Origin: an uncultured delta proteobacterium
Lineage (GTDB): Bacteria; Myxococcota_A; Polyangia; Polyangiales; Houyiibacteriaceae
Direction: 5' to 3'
DNA: 64,000 bases
NCBI GenBank assembly: GCA_963768985.1
Contig: CAVYJZ010000001.1
Location: 87,002 to 151,001 of the forward strand
The notes under the pieces were generated by a model. It saw only the letters and a program-made list of their open reading frames with translations, was not told the origin of the DNA and did no database searches. The position numbers and the translations under genes were made by a program. Positions 53,831 to 62,699 of the stretch are shown in pieces. Numbering within the stretch: position 1 is the stretch's first letter; each line of letters opens with the position of its first letter.

Positions 53831-55891
53831 TCAGTGAGAAGAGTAATGATTCTGAACGGTTAGGGGGGTAGAGAGTGTCCCTGCGATGCTGCGGATGGCC
53901 TCGCTCCTGTCTTGCGACATCTGGACCAGCGCCTCCTCGTAAGACATCTGTCGTACGGTTACTCCGAGCGCTGCTGCCGCGATGCGCGCACGCCGTCCTG
54001 GCGCTCCTCCATGGTCGACGATCGTGAGCGCGGCCTCGCGAAACGCGTCGGGTAATGCGGCCTCCAACACCTCGTGGCTCGCGGCTTGCAGCCCCGTATC
54101 GTCGCTCGACAGTCCTCGCCAAACCAAGGTGAAATTCTCTTCGGGGTGTCTGAGGCCCATCAGCCAGACAGCGTGTTGCAAAGTTGCCTGCTCCTTGTCG
54201 CGAAGAGTGACGCGCAATGATTCGGCATCCGTTGCTTCAGTCTTACTGTTGCTCGCGATCGCCGCACGCCACTGCAGCAGCTGGATGATGCGCAGCAAGC
54301 TCGCCCTGAGCTGCTCATCCAAGCTGATCTCATCGAGAGCCAGCGAAGGATCGCTCGCCCGCAAGCTGTCTAGCGCTCGGAGCGCCGTCGCGCGTATACC
54401 CGGATCGTCGTCCGAGAGCATGCGATGAGCGATGGGAAGGAAGCGACGATCGGATGCTTCGACGAACGCGTCCAATGCACGGTTACGGACTTCCGGCGAC
54501 GGGTGATAGAGCACGAGCACAGGGATCAGATCTGCTCTTCCGTGTCGATCGAAGATGTCGATGGCAGCAAGAACTTCCGAATCCTGATCGCTGTTCAATG
54601 CGGTGAGCAAAACGTCCAGCGACTGGAGGTCCAGCTCTTCGAGCTCCAGTTGCGGATCGAGCACGCCATGACGAAGTCGTGCGCGAAACAGATCCACATA
54701 CTGCCGTCGCGTCGACATGATCGCCGTGATCCATCCGGCGACCAGGAACAGCAAGGCCACACCCAGCTGCGGTGTCGTCAGTCCCACCCCGACCGCCGCG
54801 ATGATCAATAGTGATGCGGCCGCTTGACCTACACGGTGCCCGAACACCTCGATGATACCCTTGGCGCGCTCGCGTCGACTGCTGTCGAGTGGCAAGTACA
54901 GCACCTCGACGGAGCTTCGATAGAGAGTGTGTCGCAGACTTCCGTCAACGGCCTTGAGCGCCACGGCGAATGGTAACATCGGCCCGAGCGCGAGACCCGT
55001 CGCACCGCCAAAAATCAAGAGTGGCAGCAGGGCAGAGCTACGGTGTGCTCCAAACGCCCGCAACAGCCACCCTGCGCCGACCGCCTGCACGAGCAGAGCA
55101 ATGCTGTTCAATCCGAGATAGAAACGCGCGAAGAACTGCCCCAGCGAATCTGCGGGAATTTGGGCGGCGACCGTGCTCTTGAACACGAAATCCACGACGG
55201 TGAGTGCGACAGTACCGATCAAGACGAGCGTCAGAACGCGGGAGAGGTAGCTGTCTCGAAGGAGCCAGCCGACCGAACGTCGCGGTTCCGAGGCGGATGA
55301 TTCCGTTTGTGTGTCACTCGGGACATTCCAAAGGAACGGTGTGATCCCGGCGAGTGCCAATATCACCGCGGCAGCAACGACGAGCCCGATGGGCGAAATT
55401 ACTCGGAGGAGACCCTCGGCGAGCAACGACCCCAATGTCGCGCCCGTGACGCCGCCTGCTGCGATCACGGGGAAGATGCGCTTTGCCTGAGTCACGGTCA
55501 CCGCGTCGTCCAGCAATAACCAGAATTCAATCAGGACTACCGTGATCAACAATCCAGTCCAAACGTAAAAGCCAAAAGGCGCCCAGGCCCCCAATTCATC
55601 GAGCAGCCCCCAGAACCCCAGGGTGACGAACGAGCCGAAGAGCAGCGATACCGACAAGAGCATTCGCCGATCACGCACGCGGCGGAGCAGGCGATCATGG
55701 ACCTTGAGCTCGAGGATTGCGAGCAAGGCGATCGCCAGATAGGCGCGTGGCAGATGGGTCGCCGGCAAGCTCGTCAGGAAGAGCGTGTCGCGCGCGGTCT
55801 CCATGACCGAATGAGCCGCCGTGATGGCCAGCAGGCCGAGAAATCCTACGGCGAGGTTTCTGCGATCCTCGCGGCGAACCGAAAAACGCAT
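53831..55891 (-). CDS. Fusion protein: polytopic TLC/Npt-like (ATP:ADP-antiporter family-like) membrane domain plus C-terminal HEAT repeats
   Basis: N-terminal blocks 'AHSVMETARDTLFL' and 'FYVWTGLLITVVLIEFWLLLDD...AKRIFPVIAAGGVTGATLGS' resemble the TLC family. The C-terminus has repeated 'P.VR..AL.AL' HEAT-like units. Confidence 0.62.
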   Translation of the reverse strand: MRFSVRREDRRNLAVGFLGLLAITAAHSVMETARDTLFLTSLPATHLPRAYLAIALLAILELKVHDRLLRRVRDRRMLLSVSLLFGSFVTLGFWGLLDELGAWAPFGFYVWTGLLITVVLIEFWLLLDDAVTVTQAKRIFPVIAAGGVTGATLGSLLAEGLLRVISPIGLVVAAAVILALAGITPFLWNVPSDTQTESSASEPRRSVGWLLRDSYLSRVLTLVLIGTVALTVVDFVFKSTVAAQIPADSLGQFFARFYLGLNSIALLVQAVGAGWLLRAFGAHRSSALLPLLIFGGATGLALGPMLPFAVALKAVDGSLRHTLYRSSVEVLYLPLDSSRRERAKGIIEVFGHRVGQAAASLLIIAAVGVGLTTPQLGVALLFLVAGWITAIMSTRRQYVDLFRARLRHGVLDPQLELEELDLQSLDVLLTALNSDQDSEVLAAIDIFDRHGRADLIPVLVLYHPSPEVRNRALDAFVEASDRRFLPIAHRMLSDDDPGIRATALRALDSLRASDPSLALDEISLDEQLRASLLRIIQLLQWRAAIASNSKTEATDAESLRVTLRDKEQATLQHAVWLMGLRHPEENFTLVWRGLSSDDTGLQAASHEVLEAALPDAFREAALTIVDHGGAPGRRARIAAAALGVTVRQMSYEEALVQMSQDRSEAIRSIAGTLSTPLTVQNHYSSH

Positions 55892-55964
55892 GCGTCAGAC
55901 GCAACTTACCGTCAAATCGATCGCAGGGACATTTCTCGCGCGATGTTCCGTTTGTGTGGGCTCG

Positions 55965-56864
55965 TCAGCTGCGGCGTAGTAATTCGAGCTCCTCCAGGGA
56001 GCGGGGCCAGTCGCCCTTGAGCAGCCTCGAAAGGGCGCGGTCGGCCAGCAGCTTTCCGCCGGTCTGGCAGGTGGCGCAGTAGTTGGTCTCCCGATCCGCA
56101 AAGACGATGCGTTGAATCGGGTCTCCGCATTCGGGGCACGGCTCGCCGTACTTGCCATGAGCCGCCATTTCTGGGCGGAACGCCGTGACCTTCTCGGGGA
56201 AATCGTCGCCGTGTCGTTTGATCAGTCGTGTCACCCATTCCGACAATACGTCCTGGGTCGCATCGTGGAGGCGACGCATTTCCTCCGCGGTCAACCGTTG
56301 AGTCCAGGTCAGCGGTGAGAGCTTGGCGCGATGGAGAATCTCATCGGAGTATGCGTTTCCGATTCCGCTCAAGATTCGCGGATCGGTCAGCGCGCGCTTT
56401 ACGGTGTGGTTACGCTCCAGCAGTGCATCTCGGAATCCCGCATAGTCGATCAGCAAGGGCTCGATGCCTCCAGGGTGGTGATCGCGAAGAGCGAGCTCTC
56501 CGTGACAAAGGTGAAGGGCAGCGCGCTTCTTTTTGCTCACTTCGGTCAGCAATAGCGTTCCATTGTCGAAGTCGAAGGCTGCGAGGCCGATGCGACCAGG
56601 GATTTTCGACCCGGGCGGCTTCCAGTGAAGCCGTCCGGCGATCATCAGGTGCAAGACGAGGTAGAGGTCGTCCTCGACGACGAGCACCACGCGTTTGCCG
56701 AGTCGTTGCACGTCGAGCACTCGTTTCCCCTCAATCGACGCGATCGGCGGAGCGACACTTCTGAGAACGAACGGCGATGCCAGGCGCACTCCCTCGAGCG
56801 TCCGCCCGACCACGCGCGACTGAAGCGCATGACGATAGAGCTCGATGTCCGGGAGCTCGGGCAT
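55965..56864 (-). CDS. Fpg/Nei-family DNA glycosylase/AP lyase
   Basis: 'MPELPDIE' (Pro2/Glu3), H2TH region 'GIGNAYSDEILH', and zinc finger 'CPECG...YCATCQ'. Confidence 0.88.
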   Translation of the reverse strand: MPELPDIELYRHALQSRVVGRTLEGVRLASPFVLRSVAPPIASIEGKRVLDVQRLGKRVVLVVEDDLYLVLHLMIAGRLHWKPPGSKIPGRIGLAAFDFDNGTLLLTEVSKKKRAALHLCHGELALRDHHPGGIEPLLIDYAGFRDALLERNHTVKRALTDPRILSGIGNAYSDEILHRAKLSPLTWTQRLTAEEMRRLHDATQDVLSEWVTRLIKRHGDDFPEKVTAFRPEMAAHGKYGEPCPECGDPIQRIVFADRETNYCATCQTGGKLLADRALSRLLKGDWPRSLEELELLRRS

Positions 56865-56866
56865 GG

Positions 56867-57685
56867 CTATCGCAGGCGTGGGTCGAGCCGGTCTCGCAAC
56901 CAGTCACCCGTCAGATTGAAGCCGAGGACGCTCACCGCGATCGCACCACCCGAGAAGAGCGCGACGTGCGGGAAGCGCAGCAGTACGCTCGTGCCCTGAT
57001 CGAGCATTGCGCCCCAAGACACCGCTTTTCCAGGGCCAAGTCCTAGAAACGAGAGTGTCGACTCGGCGAGAATCACCACACCCAAGCCGGTCGTGGCCTG
57101 TATGACCAGCGGTCCAAGCAAATTGGGAATGACGTGACGTCGCAAGATCGCGTGCGTCGGAACGCCGAGCGCTCGCGCCGCCTCGACGAACTCGCGCTCC
57201 CGCAACGTCAGCGTTTCAGCACGCGCCAAACGCGCGTACAAAACCCATCCGTTCACCGCGAGGGCGACGATCAAATGGATCAGGCCCGGTCGCGCGACCA
57301 AGGCGAGAATTGCGATGTTCAAGACAATGGCTGGAAACGCTTGCACCAAGTCCGCGATCCCCGTAATCGCGTGGTCGGTGAGCCGACCCGCGTACCCGGC
57401 CCAGGTGCCGAGCAAGGTGCCGAGCACGACCGAAACTCCGACGACCACACTTGCAACGACTGCCGCGAGTCGTGCCCCGTGCAGCAAGGCGCTGAGAATA
57501 TCGACACCGTTGTCGGCGGTGCCGAGCAAGTGTGCCCACGAAGGAGGCTCGTACTCGCGCAGGAGGTCGATCGCGAGTGGGTCATAAGGCGCGATCCATG
57601 GGCCGATGACTCCCAACGAGAAGAAGGCGATCACGATCAGCAAGCCGAGCGGGGTCTTTCGAAGGCGGGCCCGGACCCTACTCAC
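56867..57685 (-). CDS. ABC transporter permease (DppC/OppC type)
   Basis: 'APYDP', and EAA region 'VEAARALGVPTHAILRRHVIPN'. The GTG at 57685 overlaps the stop of the upstream permease. Confidence 0.88.
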   Translation of the reverse strand: MSRVRARLRKTPLGLLIVIAFFSLGVIGPWIAPYDPLAIDLLREYEPPSWAHLLGTADNGVDILSALLHGARLAAVVASVVVGVSVVLGTLLGTWAGYAGRLTDHAITGIADLVQAFPAIVLNIAILALVARPGLIHLIVALAVNGWVLYARLARAETLTLREREFVEAARALGVPTHAILRRHVIPNLLGPLVIQATTGLGVVILAESTLSFLGLGPGKAVSWGAMLDQGTSVLLRFPHVALFSGGAIAVSVLGFNLTGDWLRDRLDPRLR

Positions 57686-58647
57686 GACAGCCTCACTCTC
57701 GGATCGACTACGCCGTACGCCAAGTCCACCGCGAGATTGACGCCCACGTAGATGAGAGCGATGACCAATACGCACCCTTGAACCACAGGAATGTCTCGTG
57801 CGAAAAATGCGTCCAGAAAGAGGGTTCCGAGTCCGGGCCGCTCGAAGATCTTTTCGGTGACCACGGTTCCGGACAGCAGGGCTCCCAGCTGAGCGGCGCC
57901 AATCGTCATCACGGGTAGCAAGGCATTTCGGAGCGCATGGCGAAGCAGCAAGGCGGTCGAGGAGACCCCCCGTGCGCGCGCCGCCGTGATGTATTGCTGG
58001 GAGAGCACCTCGATCATCGCCGCACGCGTCTGTCTCGTCAGCACCGCCGCAAGGGCAGTTCCAACCGTGATCGCAGGCAGTATCAAGGCCACCGGGCCGG
58101 CTAGATCGTCCCCAGGCAGGGGCAACCAACGGAGCTTCACACCAAAGGCGAGAATCAGTAGCGGTCCCAGCCAGATGTTGGGAATCGCCAGGCCTGCCAC
58201 GGCGATCATCGATGCAAGCTTGTCCCAGCCCTTACCTGCCTGGGCTGCTGCGATCGTGCCCAGCGGAACGGCCATCAGCCAGGCCACGAGCAATGCGGCG
58301 AGCGCCAAGATGATCGTATGGGGCAAGACCTTGCTCACCATCGATGACACCGAGTGATCGGGCTGACGGAACGACGTCCCCATGCTGCCGTCGGCGATGT
58401 CGCCGAGGAACGCTAGGTACTGCCCGGCGACCGGCTGGTCCAAGTTCAACGTACGGCGGAGCTCTGCTTTTTCTTCGGGGCCGGCTTGATCGCCGAGGAT
58501 CGCCTCGACTGGGTCACCCGGGATCAGGCGTACCAACAAGAAGACGATCGTCACCAGGCCGACGACGGTGAGCAGCGCCCGAAGGAGTCGGCCCGCCAGA
58601 TACCGCAAGAGCCCTGCAGACATCATCGGAACCATACTACTTCCCAT
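57682..58647 (-). CDS. ABC transporter permease (DppB/OppB type)
   Basis: 'LLRYLAGRLLRALLTVVGLVTIVFLLVRLIPGDP', and EAA region 'ITAARARGVSSTALLLRHALRNAL'. The start is one of the Met codons at 58647 to 58623. Confidence 0.88.
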   Translation of the reverse strand: MGSSMVPMMSAGLLRYLAGRLLRALLTVVGLVTIVFLLVRLIPGDPVEAILGDQAGPEEKAELRRTLNLDQPVAGQYLAFLGDIADGSMGTSFRQPDHSVSSMVSKVLPHTIILALAALLVAWLMAVPLGTIAAAQAGKGWDKLASMIAVAGLAIPNIWLGPLLILAFGVKLRWLPLPGDDLAGPVALILPAITVGTALAAVLTRQTRAAMIEVLSQQYITAARARGVSSTALLLRHALRNALLPVMTIGAAQLGALLSGTVVTEKIFERPGLGTLFLDAFFARDIPVVQGCVLVIALIYVGVNLAVDLAYGVVDPRVRLS

Positions 58648-58682
58648 TCGCTGTCGAGTCGGTTTCCCTGCGAGATGCGGGT

Positions 58683-59126
58683 CTACAGGCCGGCGTCCGG
58701 CGGAGGGGGGATTTCGGTGCCTGGGGCGAGCGCCACACAGATTTTCGCCGACGCCTTGTAGCTGTTGAGGTCGACGATGCGCGCGACCGTTTCGCCGCCG
58801 CTTGCATCGTATCCGCCGTTCGCCGTAATCTGGCTCGGGAACACGCACGTGTACTGCGCCCGGCAGTCCATGGTGTCGTTACAGGTCTTCATACACCAGG
58901 TTTGCGCGGTGCGGCTCGGGGTGAAGCGCCATTCGACGCAAGCTCCCTGGGGGCAGGTATCGGGGTCACAGGCAAAGACCGTGCAGTATCCGCCGGGCTG
59001 GGCAAGGTCGCATTGGCGTTCACCGGTCCTCGAGCAATTGATGGAGCCGCTGCAGCTGTCCCCGATGTTCTGCTTGCACCCTGCAACCAAGAGGCTGGCA
59101 AATAATAGGATAGTCGCATGTCGCAT
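58683..59126 (-). CDS. Cys-rich secreted lipoprotein, unknown function
   Basis: Lipobox 'LLVAGC', then about 14 Cys in 130 aa (CSGSINC, QCDL, YCTVFACDPDTCPQGAC, WCMKTC, DC, YTC). Confidence 0.55.
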   Translation of the reverse strand: MRHATILLFASLLVAGCKQNIGDSCSGSINCSRTGERQCDLAQPGGYCTVFACDPDTCPQGACVEWRFTPSRTAQTWCMKTCNDTMDCRAQYTCVFPSQITANGGYDASGGETVARIVDLNSYKASAKICVALAPGTEIPPPPDAGL

Positions 59127-59210
59127 CGTGAGCGCCGGAGCATACGAGACGCACTGCGCGATCGCCAATCGCTCCGCGCTCAGGCCAATGAGTGGTAGAT
59201 TGTCGTCCTA

Positions 59211-61325
59211 TTGCGACGGTTTTGGCTTGGAGTGGGGTTGGTCTGGCTCGCTGGCGCGGCAGCGCTCGCCGAGGATGGGCTCGAGCGGGTCGCTGCCCTC
59301 GTGCGTATAGGAGACGAACACGGAGCATTGGGGGAGATCGCGCTTCTGCCATCTAGGGTCCGCAACGAGGAGGCGTTGCGCTACCTCGAGGGGCGACTGC
59401 TCCTGGAAGAAGGCAGACCGTGTGATGCCATGGATAGATTCCCGCAAGTCTCATCCACGCTCCCTGAGTCGATGCGCGATGACTCCGCGCGCCGGTGGGC
59501 GTTCGCCGCCGCGCAATGCGGGCACTGTGCAGAAGCAAGGCCGGTGTTGTTGGGCGACACATCGAGCGACAGGGCGGTAACACGCCAGGACCGGGCGATT
59601 GCGGCCGACTGTGCGGTTCAGCTCGGTGAGCTCGAAATCGCCGTCGAAGAGCTTGCAAATCTGACGCGCTACAAGCGTGGCCTCAGCAATCGCGTCGCGC
59701 TGCTCGCGATCCTCTCGGACCTGTACGTCGAGATCGGACGCCCCGATGAAGCCCGAGAAGCAGCCCTCGAAGCCTGGAAGTCCGCGGTCGAACCCGGTCA
59801 GCAAGGCGCCGCCCATGCCTTGGAGGACCGCGCCTCACCCAGTCCGTCAGATCGAGTCTCGCGTGCCGAGCAACTGATTGGCGCGCGCCGGTTCGCCAAG
59901 GCGGTCGAGGAGCTCGAGGCGATCGACGCGAAGGATGACCCCGATCTCGATGCCCGGTGGCATCACGTCTATGGAATGGCCCTCTTTCGAACGCGCACCC
60001 GCTACTTAGACGCTGCGCGCGTCCTCCACGAATCAGCTGCCTTGGGCGGCGAGTACGAGGTCGAGGACGCGTTCCATTCGGCACGCGCCTTGTCGCGCGC
60101 GGACCAAGACGGGCGTGCGATCCGCGCGTATCGACGGTTCGCGCAACGCTACCCGCGTAGCAAAACAGCGCCGGAGGCCCGCTTCCTCGCCGCATGGCTC
60201 GAGATTCGCGTGGGTCGTGCCAATGGCGAGAAGGGGATGGAGCAACTCGTTCGTGGGAAGTCTCAAGTGCGCGGCCCGTGGCGACGTTCGGCGCTTTGGG
60301 AGCTCGGCTTCCGCGCATTCGAGACACGACGCTTCGCTCGGGCGGTTCACTACCTTGCTCAGTACTCCGACGAGGTCACCGATTCGATGGAGGAAGCGCG
60401 CGGTTTCTATTGGCTCGGTCGCTCCTATCGGCGGGGTAAGAACGCGATCGAGGCCTATCGCAAGGCGATCGCCGTCGAGCCGCTTCACTGGTACGCGGTC
60501 CTGGCCGCGCATCGTCTCGAACGACTCCATGTGCAGCCGCCGATGCCTTTTGAAGACGCAGCCTCGCCGAGCTCCGTCGAGCTTCCAACTGGCGATTTGG
60601 CAGTACCGGGGACGGTGGAGGCCTACCGGCGCTTGGGCCTCGATCGGGACGGCGTCGCTTGGCTCCGCGCTCACGAAAGCCAGCTCGTAACCGAGTACCC
60701 CAGGACACAAGCGATACCGCTTCTCACGGGTCTCTATCGTGAAATCGGCGCGTATCGCGAAGCGCTCCTCACCGCGCGTCGCCGGATGGTCTATCTCCAC
60801 AGCGACCCTGCCGAGCATCGCTGGTGGTGGGATGCTGCCTATCCCATGCCTTGGCGCCCGATTGTCGATCAGCATCGGGGCGACCTCCCGCGCGCTTTGA
60901 TCTACGCCACCATGCGTCAGGAGAGCGGATTTCGACCCGACGTGGTCAGTAGGGCAGGGGCGGTCGGGTTGATGCAACTGATGCCCGCAATCGCCACGAA
61001 GCTAGCGGGTGAAGCGGTCACTACGTACATGCTTCGTACGCCGGAGACCAACATCGCTCTGGGCCTCGAAGAAATGCGCGCGCTCGACGAGGAATTCAAA
61101 CATGTCTACCCGCTCAGCATAGCCGCCTACAATGCAGGGAAGAGTCGGGTGAGACGATGGCTCAAAGAGAGTCGAAAAATGGAGCTCGACCGATTCGTCG
61201 AGCGCATCCCCTTCAACGAAACGCGCAACTACGTACGGCGCGTCACCACACACTACGCCCGATACTCCTATCTCGACGATCCAAAGTCGGGCTGGCCCAA
61301 GCTACCCTCGTTCGTTAACCCCTGA
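59211..61325 (+). CDS. Soluble lytic murein transglycosylase (Slt70-like: superhelical N-domain plus SLT domain)
   Basis: Signal peptide, TPR-like repeats, catalytic 'TMRQESGFRP', 'GLMQLMP', 'AAYNAG'. Confidence 0.85.
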   Translation: MRRFWLGVGLVWLAGAAALAEDGLERVAALVRIGDEHGALGEIALLPSRVRNEEALRYLEGRLLLEEGRPCDAMDRFPQVSSTLPESMRDDSARRWAFAAAQCGHCAEARPVLLGDTSSDRAVTRQDRAIAADCAVQLGELEIAVEELANLTRYKRGLSNRVALLAILSDLYVEIGRPDEAREAALEAWKSAVEPGQQGAAHALEDRASPSPSDRVSRAEQLIGARRFAKAVEELEAIDAKDDPDLDARWHHVYGMALFRTRTRYLDAARVLHESAALGGEYEVEDAFHSARALSRADQDGRAIRAYRRFAQRYPRSKTAPEARFLAAWLEIRVGRANGEKGMEQLVRGKSQVRGPWRRSALWELGFRAFETRRFARAVHYLAQYSDEVTDSMEEARGFYWLGRSYRRGKNAIEAYRKAIAVEPLHWYAVLAAHRLERLHVQPPMPFEDAASPSSVELPTGDLAVPGTVEAYRRLGLDRDGVAWLRAHESQLVTEYPRTQAIPLLTGLYREIGAYREALLTARRRMVYLHSDPAEHRWWWDAAYPMPWRPIVDQHRGDLPRALIYATMRQESGFRPDVVSRAGAVGLMQLMPAIATKLAGEAVTTYMLRTPETNIALGLEEMRALDEEFKHVYPLSIAAYNAGKSRVRRWLKESRKMELDRFVERIPFNETRNYVRRVTTHYARYSYLDDPKSGWPKLPSFVNP

Positions 61326-61434
61326 TTTGCTCCACCCCGTCGGTTCGATAGACTGTTCTGGACGATTTGGGTTGCTCGCGAAGGCGTCGAAGGCCAATAG
61401 ATGGTCCGATCACCTCCCGGGTTCGTGAATACTG

Positions 61435-62202
61435 ATGAACTTCATTGCTGCAGGGCTCTCCGACGTCGGACTTCATCGGGAGCACAACGAAGACAGCTTC
61501 TGCATTCTCTCCGAGCATCGCTTGTTCGTGGTCGCCGATGGGATGGGTGGCCACCGCGCCGGGGATGTCGCAAGCCGCATGGCGACCGCTGAGATGGCCG
61601 CCTTCTTCGACGCCACCAGCACCGATGGCGTTGACTGGTCTTCGGAGGACGACTCGCGACTGACACCCGATCAGCATCGCCTCGTATCGGCCGTGAAGCT
61701 CGCCAACCAGCGCATCTTTCAAGCCTCGGTCCAGAATCGCTCGGTTCAAGGAATGGGCACTACGGTAGTCGGCGCTTTGTACGCTCGGCGAGATCGCAAG
61801 ATCCATATCGCGCACGTGGGGGACAGCCGGGCGTATCGAATCCGCTCTGGCGCCATTGCGCAGCTCACGCGGGATCATTCCTTGGTGAACGACTACCTGC
61901 TCGTCATGCCGAATCTCACCATGGCCCAGAAGGAGCGACTTCCCAGTAATGTCATCACCCGCGCGCTCGGGATGCAGGACGGCGTCGCCGTCGACTTGTA
62001 CTTCGAAAACGTACAGCCGGGTGACGTCTATGTGCTCTGCTCGGATGGTCTCAACGGGATGGTGAGCGACGAGCGCATCCTCAAAATCGTGCATGAAGCA
62101 GGGGCCGACGTGGAGATCGCGGCGAAGGCGTTGATCGCTCAAGCAAACCGAAACGGTGGTGAGGACAACATCACCGTCGTCATCGTCCGAATTACGGAAT
62201 GA
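61435..62202 (+). CDS. PP2C-family Ser/Thr protein phosphatase
   Basis: 'SDVGLHREHNEDSF', 'VADGMGGH', 'LCSDGL', 'GGEDNITVVIV'. Confidence 0.9.
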   Translation: MNFIAAGLSDVGLHREHNEDSFCILSEHRLFVVADGMGGHRAGDVASRMATAEMAAFFDATSTDGVDWSSEDDSRLTPDQHRLVSAVKLANQRIFQASVQNRSVQGMGTTVVGALYARRDRKIHIAHVGDSRAYRIRSGAIAQLTRDHSLVNDYLLVMPNLTMAQKERLPSNVITRALGMQDGVAVDLYFENVQPGDVYVLCSDGLNGMVSDERILKIVHEAGADVEIAAKALIAQANRNGGEDNITVVIVRITE

Positions 62203-62699
62203 CCATGCCGAAGTGTCTCGCGATTCGACAACTGCTGGACTGCTCGGAAGAGGAATTCTGGGAGCGGATCTTCCGCAGCGAAGATTTCAACCACTACTTG
62301 TACGAGGGGCTCGGGTTCGAATACGAGCTTCAGGAGTGGAATAGCGACACCGGCTACCGGCGCGCCAAGATCTGGCCCAGCCAGCAGATGCCCAGAGCCG
62401 TTGCGAAGGTTCTCGGTGAGCGGTTCAGCTACGTGGAAGAGGGCTCGTTCGACGCCTCGGCGGTCCGATACGATTTTCGTGTCATTCCCTCGGCGCTACC
62501 GGAACGGATTCGCGTCAAAGGGTCGGTGATGGTCGAGCCGGTCTCAGCTCATCAATGCGAACGGCGCGTGACGCTCGAGATTGGCGCTTCCGTGTTGGGT
62601 TTGGGCGGCCTCATCGAGGCCTACTTCGTCACGGCCACACGCGAGCAGTATGCGAAAAACGCTGCTCTCGTGAACGAGTATCTGGCCAGCTCTCATTAG
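62199..62699 (+). CDS. Hypothetical protein (SRPBCC/DUF2505-like?) coupled to the PP2C gene
   Basis: The ATGA overlaps the PP2C stop. The domain guess is from size and pattern only. Confidence 0.5.
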   Translation: MTMPKCLAIRQLLDCSEEEFWERIFRSEDFNHYLYEGLGFEYELQEWNSDTGYRRAKIWPSQQMPRAVAKVLGERFSYVEEGSFDASAVRYDFRVIPSALPERIRVKGSVMVEPVSAHQCERRVTLEIGASVLGLGGLIEAYFVTATREQYAKNAALVNEYLASSH

